A DNA stretch of 64,000 bases from Callorhinchus milii (taxonomy: Eukaryota). Under the pieces are notes generated by a model. That model had not been told where the DNA came from. It was given only the letters and a program-made list of their open reading frames with translations, and did no database searches. The DNA lies in the NCBI RefSeq assembly GCF_018977255.1, contig NW_024704742.1, forward strand, positions 13,270,001 to 13,334,000, written 5' to 3'. How positions within the stretch are numbered: position 1 is the stretch's first letter; every line of letters starts with the position of its first letter. Of the stretch, positions 52,001-64,000 are shown piece after piece. Made by a program: the position numbers and the translations under genes.

Positions 52001-55000
52001 CTGCCATGTGTCTGCCCATTTTACCAGTCTGTCTACGTCCTCTTACTATCCTCCTCACTAATTATCACTTTTCCTAGCTTAGTATCATCTGCAAACTTGG
52101 AAACTGTACTCCCTGTATCCAAGTCCAGGTCATGTATCTCCATCAAAAACAGCAGTGGTCCCAATACTGATCCCTGGGGGACACCACTGCACACTTCCCT
52201 CCAGTCAGAAAAACAACCGTTCACCACCTCTCTCTGCTTTCTGTTTCCCAGCCAGTTCTGTATCCATGCTGCCACTGTCCCTTTAATACCGTGGGCTTCT
52301 ATTTTGCTGACCAGTTTCTTATGTGGCACTTTATCAAAAGCCTTTTGAAAATCCATATAAACTACATCAACTGCACTACCTTCATCCACCCTCTCCGTTA
52401 CTTCATCAAAGAAAACTCTTATCAGGTTTGTTAGACATGATTTGCCTTTAACAAATCAATGTTGGTTGTCCTTTATAACCCATAGTTTTCTAAGCGAAAA
52501 TTTATTTTGTCTCGGATTATCGTCTCCAGATGTTTCTCCACTACTGAGAGGCTGACAGGCCTGTAGTTCACGGGTTTATCCTTCTGCCCTTTTTTGTACA
52601 GCGGATTAACATTTGCAACCCCCCAGTCCTCTGGCACCACCCCAGGTGTTCAAGAAGGATTGAAAGATGTTGACAGAACTGTTACAGTTGCTCTATGAAT
52701 CAAGATTAAAAGTAAATCCTAAAACACACAGATTGCTAAAGAGAATGCATCATTTTTAGGATCCAAATTGGTAAAGATGTTCGTACCTGATGAAGATAAA
52801 ATGACGACCATTAAGCTCTTACCCTGGCCAACTTCTGTCCCATCATTGAGATCTTTTTTAGGATTGGTAGGGGATTGCAGGGTTTTTATTGAAGATTTTG
52901 CTACACTCAGTGCTCCCCTTTATGCTTTATTACAATAACATGCTGAATGGAATTGGACGCCAGCCTGTACTGAGCAGCACAAAAGTTAAAACAAGTTTTA
53001 GTGTCAGCGCCTGCTTTACAAGTTCCAGAAAGGGAACCTTTTTATTTGGAAGTAGCAGCCCCAGATTTAGTTATTTCAGCAGTTTTATTACAGCACAAGC
53101 ATAGTAAACTGTGTCTCTGCATATGCATCCAGAGTATTGACTCCTGTAGAACTAAATTTTTCAAAATGTGAAAAACATTTTGGGCTGTGCAACATTTTGT
53201 TTTATCACTGCTGTTTTAACTCTTTATCAGTTTTTTATCAATGTTTTAACATTGTTGGTTTATCACCTATGCTTTTGTTAACCAATTATACCCCAACAGA
53301 ATTACTTTTAGATGGTATCAAATGTCCGTATGGCTCGATGGACTTTATTGTTACAAAAACGAGACATTACGATAAAACATTTCAATTCTCCGCCATTTTT
53401 GGCTAACAAGTTACTCTATGAAGAGGATACTCGTTATTGTGGTATAAGTGGCCCAATTTATCTGAAGGGTCCATTCAAAGCGATTGAAATTCCACAATCC
53501 ACTACTGTCTGTCAATGGATCTAATTCAGTAGTTGAGGGGATGAGGCAAACCGGATTTGGAATTTATGTTCCACAAATGGATTTAAAAGTAAGAATTTCT
53601 TTACCTGATCACTGAGCAGTACAGGGGGCAGAATTAGCTGCAATTAATAATAATAACAATAATAATAATTGCATATGTTTTATGAAACATCGACATGTAT
53701 CCATTACCAATTACTATCTATTCGTATTCCATGTATGCATGTAATTTACTTATAGAGTATCTGCCAATAATGGAAGGTGAGGGGGTTTGTATTGGCAGAC
53801 TGGAAACCGCTCCCTCTGGAAAATTACTGCAAGCTATTATTAAAATTGCTTTACCTTATAAGTCTCAAATTGCAACTCAAAAAGTCAAGCACACACAAAC
53901 AACATACCTCATGCAAAAGGTAATAATACAGCAGACGAATTGGCAAAGAAAGGGGCTACTGGTGACACAAAATGGGATCCAGCCATATTGTACCAATCTC
54001 TGGAACAAGTGGCCGCAATAATCTCACAAGAAAAACCCGTAGATTTAAAATGTGCCCAAGACACTGATGTGGAAATAGTACAAACTATTAAAGCACTAAA
54101 TTCAAAAGAACCTGTGAATAATTAATATTCAAGGCATGATTCAACTTTCAGTGTAAAACAGTTTGTTGTTTCATAAAGGTTTGTGGGTAGTTCCAATAAT
54201 TACAATGATTATATTGATCAAAAATTACAACACGTACATGATGCACCCATATCTGGTCATCAATCCAGCGCTACAACGTTAGACCGACTAACAACAAATA
54301 GCCTGGTGGCCTAAATGTGCAGACGATGTAAAACACTATTGTGAAAATTGCCTAATTTGTGCACAAATAAACCCTGACTTAAATTTAAAGACAGCTCTTT
54401 TGAAACATTAGCATGATTCAACAATAGAAGGTCCACGGACACAATTGCAAATTGGTTTTATTGGTCCACTTCCTCCTACATCTCGTAACAATCGTTATGC
54501 ATTAGTGCTAGTTGATACCTTCACTAAATGGGTTGAAGCGTTTCCAATGCCTCATAATACTGCACAAGCCACAGCAAAAATTCTTATGAAGCATATATTC
54601 ATTCGATGGGGTCTTCCAGTAGCTATTGATTTGGATCAAGGATCTCATTTTACAGGAAAGGTCACACGATGTGCAATGCAGTTGTTAGCAATTACACAGA
54701 AATTCCATATGCATATCATCCTCAATCATCGGGAACAGTGTGAAGCAAACTCTAAAAGCCATGTTACGCAAATTTATCACTGAAAACGTAAAATGTTTGG
54801 ATCAATTGTTACCATTAGTGCTAATGGCAATCAGATCAACACCTTCTCGGACAACATGTTCACCATATGAGTTAATAACAGGGAGATTAATGTGTACACC
54901 TGAACAATTATGGCTCACTGATATGTCAGATCCTGAAATTCAGGCTGTGACACATGAACAATATGTAAAACAATTGTGTATACATTTGAAAGAAATACAT

Positions 55001-56336
55001 TTGTTTTCTGCTTCAAATATTGTCTGTTCTAAACAGGCAAATGCTATGTACTTTGATCAAAAAACAAAACCGGTAGAGTGGGAAGTTGGCCAACGGGTTA
55101 TGATAAAAAAACTATGATCTAAAAGGACCATTCTCCCCTCAATATGCTGAACCATACTATATTGTGGATAAAGCAAATGCTTCAGTGTATCAGGTAGCCA
55201 GCACTATCAAGAAGAATGCCCGTCCAAATTGGTATCACTGCAATCAACTAAAATTGTATAAAGGCAGTGATGATAAACCTAATTGGAAGCCTCCTTTGTA
55301 GGATGTAAAACCCATGTGCGTAGCAAATGATTATCCAAAAAGAGGTGAATATCTCCACATTTGGGATGACGTTATTACGCCTTTTGAGGAAGATCAGTTC
55401 AGGAGAGGAACTGAAGAGTCAGTACAAAGACCATTGAGATCTGTTCATTCATTAGAAGAAATAAGTACAGAGGTCGCAATGATATCGACAGCTGTAGATT
55501 AGGGAGGAATAAAAGTTTGGTTAAGAAGTAGAACAAGGGAAAAAACTAAACAACAGAAAGCCTGTTTAGGATGTGATCAACATCCAAGTAGGAGAAAGAA
55601 AAATACACAAGGACACAAAGATTCATTATAGAATTATAAATTGTAGAAGATTCCTGAAATCACCCCAAATAAAATGGGGAGGATAATTTAACTTTTAATT
55701 TTATGTTACAGAAGAAAAGATATTTGAGAAAAAATGGAAGAGAGGATTGAAAACCAAATCAATTTTGATAAAAGAATTGGGTAACTGGATTAAAAGTAAT
55801 AACTTTTTTGAAAATGAGTAGAATACAAACAGCAGTCAGGGGCATTTACATTTTTTTTATAGCACCTGGCTGTGAATCAGTTTTATTCCAAATTAGTGAG
55901 AAAGCTTAAACCTCTCTAAAAATGGTTGAAAAAATAAATTTCAAAGTTGCTCACAGTTGCGCAAGGCCAATTCAGACCTGGTATGCTGTCATCCAATGAC
56001 ACCACCTGCTGATGTTTATAAAAAATATCTTGGGCTACAGAAAATATTCTGACAAACATTCCCAAGCACAAAAAAAGGAAAAAATGTGATGGCAATTGGC
56101 CAGCCAAATAGCAAGACAATATTTAAAGAATATGGGGGTCTGCATAGAACTACACATAAGACCAAATAATTTGGGACGTGTGATGTGAGAGTGAAATGAC
56201 AGGGTAGAGTGAACATTGATAGATATAAGAGAGAAAATTATTAATTTTCTAATCAATAATGTCACATACATTGACATTTTAGTAGGTTTAATTGTAATAA
56301 ATACTATAGCGTCAATTACTCTATACTCTCAAATTA
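49063..56336 (+). mobile_element. Decayed LTR retroelement/endogenous retrovirus, most complete copy (inverted gag end, PR, RT, tether, RNase H, IN, post-IN region), interrupted by CR1 at 50461-52668
   Basis: Read across frameshifts. PR: NIIGADL. RT: NSPIWAVRKPDG/WRLTID/SVLDISNGF/PQGFHNS/QYVKD. Thumb: LRSFLGLVG. Tether: PFYLEVAA..AYASRVL. RNase H: DGS..TGFGI..AELAAI..KVK.H..GN..ADELAK. IN: HHCC zinc finger, LVDTFTKWVEAFP, DQGSHFTG, GPF-type tail. Confidence 0.88.
50461..52668 (-). mobile_element. Same nested CR1 pair, third copy
   Basis: Reverse complement with a few substitutions. The retroelement RT reads ETHEQ before and LTELLQLL after the insertion. Confidence 0.9.
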
Positions 56337-57704
56337 CTGCCCCATCTCCAACCTCCCTTTCCTCTCCAAGGTCCTGGAACAAGTTGTTGCTTCTCAGCTT
56401 CACTCCTTCCTCTCCCGCCATTCCCTTCTCGAACCCCTCCAATTGGGTTTCCGTGCCGCCCACAGCACAGAAACAGCCCTGGTCAAAGGGACAAATGACA
56501 TTCTCTCCATCTGCAACCAGGGCTCCCTCTGCCTCCTCGTCTTCCTTGACCTCTCTGCTGCCTTCGACACCATCGACCACTCTATCCTCATCCACCACCT
56601 CTCTTCTGTCCTTGACTGGTTCAGTTCGTACCTCTCACACCGCCTCCACTTCATCTCCACAAACATTTTTTTCTCTCGCCATTGCACCGTCTCATGCGGC
56701 TTTCCTCAGGACTGTCCTTGGTCCCCTCCTCTTCAATATCTATATGCGCCCTCTTGGTGACATCATCCGCAGACATAGGGTCAACATGTATGCAGATGAC
56801 ACCCAACTACCACTCTGTCTCTACCTTTAACTCCAGGACCACTGCTGTCCTGCCACTGCTGTCCTGACAGAATATCTGTCGGATATCAAGTCCTGGGTGA
56901 GAGCTAACTTTCTTCATGTAAACAACGTAAACAAGACCGAGGCTCTCCCGTCAGCGCCTCCTCACCTCAGGCGCTGACAGCAACACCATCTTTGGTTGCA
57001 CAGCTTGCTAAGCCAGTCCGGAACCTTGGGGTCTTGTTTGACCCTCAACTGTCCTTTAGACTTCACATCTGCGCCATGACCCGCTCTGCCTTCCCCCACC
57101 TCTGCAACATTGTCCGGTTCCACCACTGTCTCACACCGCAGGCCGCCAAAACCCTCATACACGCCTTCATAACATCGAGGCTCGACTATGCAAACTCCTT
57201 GCTTATCGGCCTCCCCAACTCCTCCCTCCACAGGCTGCAGATCATCCAGAACTCTGCAGCCCGTGTCCTCTCCCGCACTAAGCTCTGCGACAATATTGCC
57301 CCCATCCTCGCCCAACTCCACTGGCTTCCCATCACACAGAGGATACAGTTCAAGATCCTGGTCCTCACCTTCAAAACCCTCCATGGTCTTGCTCCCCCCT
57401 ACCTCTGTGACCTCCTAACCGCTACCATCCTGTCGCTACCTCCGCTCAGCGGGCTGTGGCCTGCTTCACGTCCCCTGCCTCGCTCACCCCACTATTGGCG
57501 GGTGGGCCTTCCGCCACTCTGCACCCACCCCTCTGGAACTCCATCTCGCTGTCCCTCCACCTTGCCCCCTCCCTTGCCACCTTCGAGACCCATCTCACGA
57601 CCCTCCTCTTCGACCGTGCCTTTGATCTCCCTGCTTCTGAAATACTGTACACTGTCCAGCGCCTTGGGTCTTCCTCCTGACGTGAAAGGCACTATACAAA
57701 TATA
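56337..57704 (+). mobile_element. L2 LINE, counterpart of 15940-17378 with a different 3' end
   Basis: Same RT motifs; ends in GTGAAAGGCACTATACAAAT. Confidence 0.9.
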
Positions 57705-58570
57705 ACATAACATGTAGGAGCGGGAGTGGGCCATTCGGAAGAAGTTCTTCCTCAACTCAGTGCGAAAGGGCTGCCTCTGATTTTAAAGTTGTGACCCCTG
57801 ATTTTAGTTTCTCCAACCAGGGGAAACAATCTCCCACTATCTACTCTATCATGCCCTTTGATGATCTTATAGGTTTCTATAAGATCCCCTCTAATTCTTC
57901 CATATTCTAGAGAATATAGCCCCAAATTGGTCAACCTATCCTCGTAACTCATCCCCATCATCCCTGGTACTAACCTTGTAAATCTACTCTGCACCCCCTC
58001 CAAGGCAAGTACATCCTTCCTTAAATGAGGAGACCAAAACTGCACACAGTATTCCAGGTGTGGTCTCACCAGGGCCCTATACAGTTGCAGCAAGACTTCC
58101 CTACTCTTATACTCTAATCCTTTCATAATGAATGCTAACATCCCGTTCTCCTTCCTAATTGCTGCTGCATCTGCAGACTAACTTTCTGTGATTGGTGTAC
58201 AATGACCCCAAGTCCCTCTGGACGCCAACACATTCCAATCTCTCCGCTTCTAAAAAAAACCCGCTCTACTGTTTTTGCTCCCTAGGTGGATGACTTCGCA
58301 CTTCCCCTACGTTATACTTCATCTGCCACCTACCTGCCCAATCACCTGACCTATCTATGTCGCGCTGCATTTTTTAAATGTCATCCTCTGTGTTGACACT
58401 TCCTCCTAGTTTTGTGTCATCCGCGAATTGCCACTCCACTAGTGCCAATCCCGCCAATCTGAAAGGGACCCATTTATCCCTACTCTTTGTTTCCTACCCG
58501 TTAACCATTCCCCAATCCACGTTAATACGCTCCCCCCAATTTCATGGGCCCTTATCTTTTGTACTAACCT
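57705..58570 (-). mobile_element. CR1 3' fragment closely related to 23585-24690
   Basis: ORF 57752..58141 is nearly identical to 31841..32248. Confidence 0.85.
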
Positions 58571-58741
58571 TTTCTGTTTTTAACCTTTTATGGTTAATAT
58601 AATCTTGCTGTTGTTGTTCCCACCCTGTCCTCAACCCTCCCTGCACCCGACCCCAGCTCGGGCCCGAAAGTCTGTCTATCAAGCGCTTTGGGACGTCTTC
58701 CCAAGGTGCTATACAAATGTAATTTTGTTGTTGTTGTTGTA

Positions 58742-59780
58742 AACTCTTCCTCACAGCACTAGTTAACCTCTCTGCAAGGACATCGGTCCCAGCCTATTCA
58801 GGTGTAACCCATCTACCAGGTCCCACCTGCCCCAGAACTGGTACCAACACTCCAGGAATCTGAAGCCCTCCTTTCTGCACAATTTCTCCAGCCATGCATT
58901 CATGTGTTTGATCCTGCTGTTTTGATACTCACTTGCACGAGGCACTGGGAGTAATCCATCTTTGAGGTCCTATTCTTCAGCTTTTTCCCTAGCTTCTGAT
59001 ACTCTCCTTGAAGGATCTCAGCCCTTTTCTCCCCTACATCAGGGATCCCAACATGGACCATGACTTCTGGATATTCTTTCCCAGTAGAACGTTTTGCTCC
59101 CGTTCTGTGATGTTTTCAACCCCGGCACAAGGGATGCGAGAGTCACATCTTTGGTTGCACAAACGCCTGTCTGCTCCTTTCACCATTGTGTCCCCAATAA
59201 CAATTGCATGGACTATTCCCTCTGTCCCCTTGTGCACCCATTTGCTTTTGATTACCCTCCGCAGAGGGGCACCACCCTGACTGGCATTCAATGCAGAGAC
59301 ACGGTTTGTGAGTGCCACACTCAGGGGATTTCTGCACTCCCCATCCTTTCTTCCTATCATGCCAGGTGGTCACCCACTCACTCTCGTTCTGAACCCTCTG
59401 TGGCTGTGGGGTGACTACCTCCTGAAATGTTCAATCCATGAACTCTTCAGCCTCCCATATGCTATGTAGTGACACCAGCCTCTCCTCAAGCTCAGAAACT
59501 CTGATCAAGCTCGAGCAGCCGGAGGCACTTCCGACACACGTGTCTGTCCAGGGCACACAGAGCATCCTGGAGTTCCCATATGGTACACATTGTGCATGCT
59601 GCTGCCATATTCCCAGACTTGTTTTCTATTATTTTAATATAACTTATATATTTTATAATTATGCACCTCATGCCTCCTCTGCACCAAATTCCCACTCTCA
59701 CCAAATTCCTTAACAGAATTCTCATTCTGTTCCACCTCACTCAGTTCCCTCCTCACACTGCTGGGCTCTCTGCTCCGATC
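58742..59780 (-). mobile_element. CR1 5'UTR/ORF1 fragment, duplicate of 8290-9290 (more complete)
   Basis: Same motifs plus AIVIGDTMVKG (GDS-like block). Confidence 0.8.
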
Positions 59781-61555
59781 ATTTTATGCTGGGATATAAT
59801 TACTTAAGCAACCAGAATTGTAAGTAATTAGAAAATTGTTAGCTCTATACATTAAACAAATTATTTTACATAATATACACATAAGTGATTATGTGATAAG
59901 TGATAAGTCAAAACAGAAACAGCATTAAAACCCAACATTCCCAAAGGACCATTGGATCCAGAGTCTCACTCCACCCTATATCTGCAATCTCCTTCAATTT
60001 TACAGGCCACTTAGCGAGTACCGGCCTCACGTCCCCTCCTCAATCCATCCCACCATTGGCTGGCAGGTTTCAGCAATATTTGCCAATTAAGCAGAGAAAA
60101 TAAAATGAATCACTACTAGAGCTAATGTCTACCCAATCCAGGTTGTAGAGATGGGAATTACATGAAATAACCAAATTGACATCACCTCCAGCAGATCCAA
60201 ACCTGAAGACTGTAATCAAAAATTTCTTCCAAGTTTTTAAAAAAAATATTATATCCTAGAAGTCCATAAAAAGTTTAGTTGCTTAAATTTGTCTTTGAAC
60301 TGCCTTAATGAACTTGCACTTATCCCATCCACCCTGGGTTTCAATATAAAGCGTCCCAGATGAGAACGTCACAAAAAAACATTAAAAATCTCACATAACG
60401 CAGCATTAAGCCATTATTCCAGTTTCACCAGACCTGTGCTGATAGTTGAAATCAGCCAGGACAGAGTTGGGTCGCATATAGGCCTTTGGGTCCTCGAGTT
60501 GCGGAAAGGAAAAAACAAAGAGGTTCAGATAAAGAAGGTCTTTGGACCAATTTGATTTAACTCTTACAGAATACCCAGTCTGTTATTATTTATATTAAAG
60601 CATTGAGCCTGCTTAAAAGACTCCAGTGGACTGGTCTCAACCACACTTCCTGCTTAGCCTTTCCAGATATTAATTACCATCAATGTAAAGAAATATTTCC
60701 TGCAATCTGTCCTCAAATTACCTTTCACAACATTCAATCTGTGTTTTCTTTAGTTCAGCCAAGTATCTGAAAATCCTCCATGTTTAATCTCCAAAAACAG
60801 TATACTGAATGAATGCATAACCATTTTTTACCTGGGATAGATGTTGACCAAGACGCTATAGAAATTCACAGCACAGATTGAGCTCAAAGTTCCAACATGG
60901 TGTTTGAACCCAGAACCTTTTAACTCAGAGGCAAGAGTGCTAACAACTGAGCCAATATGACACTGGTTTCCATTCGCTTGGAATACAATACGCACAATCC
61001 TTATCGAACTCTAGAGGGTGTTAGGCACAGGATGGGGGAATCCCAGAATGTGTGTTGTGACTCTACTGGAGCTTAAAAAGCTAAAACTGCAACCTACCAT
61101 TGTGAACAAATGTATCAAGCTTCCCACTGCTTATCCAACTAGGGAAATGCCAAATAACCCATCAGGGATTTGGGTTGCAGGGCTAATTTTGGGGGGGTCT
61201 GCCAAGCATCTGACAGATGCAGAAACACATCACCACACACACCATTTGGAAATACAGAGTTCCAAAGATGTGAAGACTTTCCTCTTTGATCATGCTTCCC
61301 GCCACCCTCCCCCCTAATCAATCAATGACTGTTTGTGGGACACTTCTGTGCTCAATTGGCTGCCGCGTTTCATCCACAAAATACGGTCAATTCACTTTGT
61401 GATATATTCTGTGAAGCCTTTTGAGATGTCGCAACAACATGATATATGAACTATATGAACTGCAGGGAAAATTATGATTATATTATTATTATTATCACCT
61501 CTGTCCCAAGGAGCCGTCACTTCTGGTTTACTCCCCTGCCCACCCCGGGGCTCTA

Positions 61556-61847
61556 ATAATAATAATCCTGGCATTTAATAAAGCGCCTCATCACGTCTTT
61601 GAGATGTCTCAAAGCGCTTCACAGAATTGACTGTATATTTGTGGACAAAACGCGGCAGCCAATTGCACACAGCAGTGTCCCACAAACAGTCGTGGATTGA
61701 AATGAACAATTTATTATTATTTTTTTGTTGAGGGATTATTATCAGGCTTGTGGAGTAAGGAAACGAGCCCAGGGTTTCACCTTGCTGGGAATCGAAACCA
61801 GGTCTCTTGCTTGTGAGGCGAGTGCTCTAACCACTGAGCTACAGGAC
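61556..61847 (-). mobile_element. tRNA-derived SINE
   Basis: Same family; full head and tail. Confidence 0.8.
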
Positions 61848-61919
61848 TTGAGTTCAGCTACAGTTGCTGAACTCAAGTCAGGGCAAATTTAACCAGGGGC
61901 ACACTACCTCAGAAAAAAA

Positions 61920-61960
61920 ATGTCCCAGGAAAACGGGGGACATAGAGTCGGTCACCTTAT
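61920..61960 (-). mobile_element. Possible hAT (Blackjack-type) DNA transposon end
   Basis: Minus strand TAAGGTGACC..ATGTCCCCCGTTTTCCTGGGACA resembles TAGGGTGACC-type termini. Partner end not identified. Confidence 0.35.
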
Positions 61961-62565
61961 CATACAATTACAATACATATGCCATTCATTTGTGCACACA
62001 TTCACACATTTACACACTCACTCATACTTATATATACGTCACTCACGCACACAATCATACATTCACTCATGCATGTATTCACAAATACACATTCATGGAT
62101 ACATACTAAAATACACTCATTTCATGCATACTGATACATTCACTCTCATATACACTTGAATATATATATGTACTCATTCACACACACACATGCATACAAT
62201 ACATAAATCTATACTCACTCACATACATGCATAATACGATTGAACTTGACATTAGGTTTGAGAGGGAGAAGGGAAAGTCCCAAACCAAGGTTTTAAATTT
62301 AAGTAAGGCAAACTTCGATGGGTTGAGAAATAAATTGGCCACAGTAAACTGGGCTGAACTGTTAGTGGGTAAACCTACAAATAAACAATGGGAAATATTC
62401 AAAAAAGTACAATACAATAGAATACAATACAGAACAAGTACATAACCCTAAAATGCAAAAGCTCCAACTGTGTAGTGAAGCAACCATGGTTGACAAAAGA
62501 GGTTAGAGACTGTATCAAGCTAAAAGAAAAGGCTTACTCAAATGCAAGAAAAAGTGGGAATGCAG

Positions 62566-63950
62566 AGGACTGGGAGGGTGCAAGGGATGAGGGAGGTGCC
62601 AGAGGGTGAAGGGTTCTGAACATGAGTGTGAGGAACTTGAAGTCGATCCATTTGATATTGGGGAGCCAGTGAAGCCTGGCCAGAACCGTAAGATGTGGGT
62701 ATGGAATTTGGTCTGCGTAAGTATGAGGGTGGCACAGTTCTGATTGAGCTGGACCTTTTGAATAACGGACCTGAGGAGACCGGCGGGGAGTACGTTTGAG
62801 TAATCCAGGCGGGAGGTGACAAACGCATGCACAAGGATTTCAGCTACATTTGGGGTAACGTACGGTCGAAGGCGGCAAATGTGACAGAAGTGGAAGAAGG
62901 CGGTCCTGGTTAGGGACCGGATGTGGGGGAGGAAGGACAGCTGGGATTCAAACCAAACACCTAGGTTGCGCACTGGTTCGGTAAGACTGAGGAAAAGCCG
63001 GGGGAGGTTGAAGAGTTCAAATCAGGATTTTGCACTCATCCAGGCCCTAATGTCTGCCAGACAAGCTGATAGAATATCGGTGGACCTGGAGTTGGTACTG
63101 GAGGAGGCAAAGTAGATTTGTGAGTCATCTGCACACATGTGGAAGTTTACGTCATATCTGCGGAGGACATTGCCCAGAGGGAGCATGTAGATAAGGAAAA
63201 GAAGAGGGCCAAGGCTGGAGCCCTGGGGTACTCTGCAGGTGACTGGGCAGCTGCAGGAGGAGAACCTATTTGCTAAGATGAAATGGATGCGATTGGTTAA
63301 GTAGGACTCGAACCATGAGAGTACGGTCCCAATAAGGTGGATGAGGGAGAGGCGGTGGAGGAAGATGGCTGCCTGTGTCGAATGTGGCAGAGAGATCCAG
63401 GAGGATGAGGAGGCAGAGGCAGCCCTGGTCACAGATAGAAAGTATGTTGTTTGTGACTTTGACAAGTGTTTGTCTCTGTGCTGTGGGCAGAGTGAAAATC
63501 AGACTGCAAGGGCTTGAGGAGGGAGTGAAGGAAGAGGTTTGACCAAATTTGACCGAAGTTGACCAGTAACAATGCGTTCCAGGACTTTGGTAAGGAAGGG
63601 TAGGTTGGAGATGGAAAGGTAGTGTGAAAGATTAGTTGGATTGAGGGTGGGTTTTTTGAGGAGGAGTGTGATAACAGGTTTTATGGGGGAGTAGAACAGA
63701 GCCTGAGGAGAGAGACTGGTTGACTGTGACAGTTAGCAGGGAGGAGAGAAGGGGGAGTTGAGTGACAAGCAGCTGGGTGGGGATGGGTTTGAGGCAGCAG
63801 GTAGTGAACTTCATCCAGGTGATTGTAGTTCAGAGGAAGGAGGGAGAAATGGGGACAAAGGAGTGTAATGAGCGGGGAGTGGCAGGAGCCTTGGTGGAGG
63901 GAGAAGGTGATGTGGATGGTCTGGGTGGGGTAGAAGGGGCCATGAAGGAC
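62566..63950 (-). mobile_element. Decayed L2 ORF2 fragment
   Basis: VPQGSSLGPLLF, CADDSQIY, RNLGVWF, VHAFVTSRLDYSN. Confidence 0.85.
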
Positions 63951-64000
63951 AGTAAAATTTACACTAAAATTTACCCGACCCTGGCGGATTTCAAAATGGC

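Larger units (their letters stand above)
48749..57640 (-). repeat. Inverted duplicate of ~16070-23371, with 1.6 kb extra at 53938-55560
   Basis: Mirror ORFs throughout; scattered substitutions and small indels. Confidence 0.93.
58666..62565 (+). repeat. Direct duplicate of 8216-11100 and ~12200-12678, lacking the CpG island in between
   Basis: Matching ORFs (8950..9225 vs 59438..59713; 10861..11043 vs 61392..61574; 12306..12560 vs 62227..62445). Confidence 0.9.

Overview
Repeat-dense vertebrate genomic DNA, most likely a cartilaginous fish. That host call is inferred from CR1 LINEs with ATTCTATG tails, L2 LINEs, and tRNA-headed and Deu-type SINEs. Host genes: (1) UGT2-family UDP-glucuronosyltransferase exons 2-6 on + (33357-45589), open and with canonical GT-AG junctions, but no recognisable exon 1 in the window; (2) a CpG-island promoter with a 25-nt first coding exon resembling YTHDC1 exon 1 on - (11429-11453); (3) a second copy of UGT2 exon 2 on - (6468-6616), downstream of and in phase with that YTHDC1-like exon. 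A decayed LTR retroelement is present in three overlapping copies. It has two CCHC knuckles, protease, a retrovirus-like RT, a tether plus a second RNase H, integrase, a ~1.5 kb post-integrase region and a candidate 3' LTR, which is a lokiretrovirus-like layout. The window is heavily rearranged: a ~9.3 kb palindrome, several direct and inverted segmental duplications, and junctions filled with short templated copies. Part of the duplication (1-5700 and the 25-N gap) shows signs of assembly artefact. All coordinates were read by eye; repeat boundaries are approximate.
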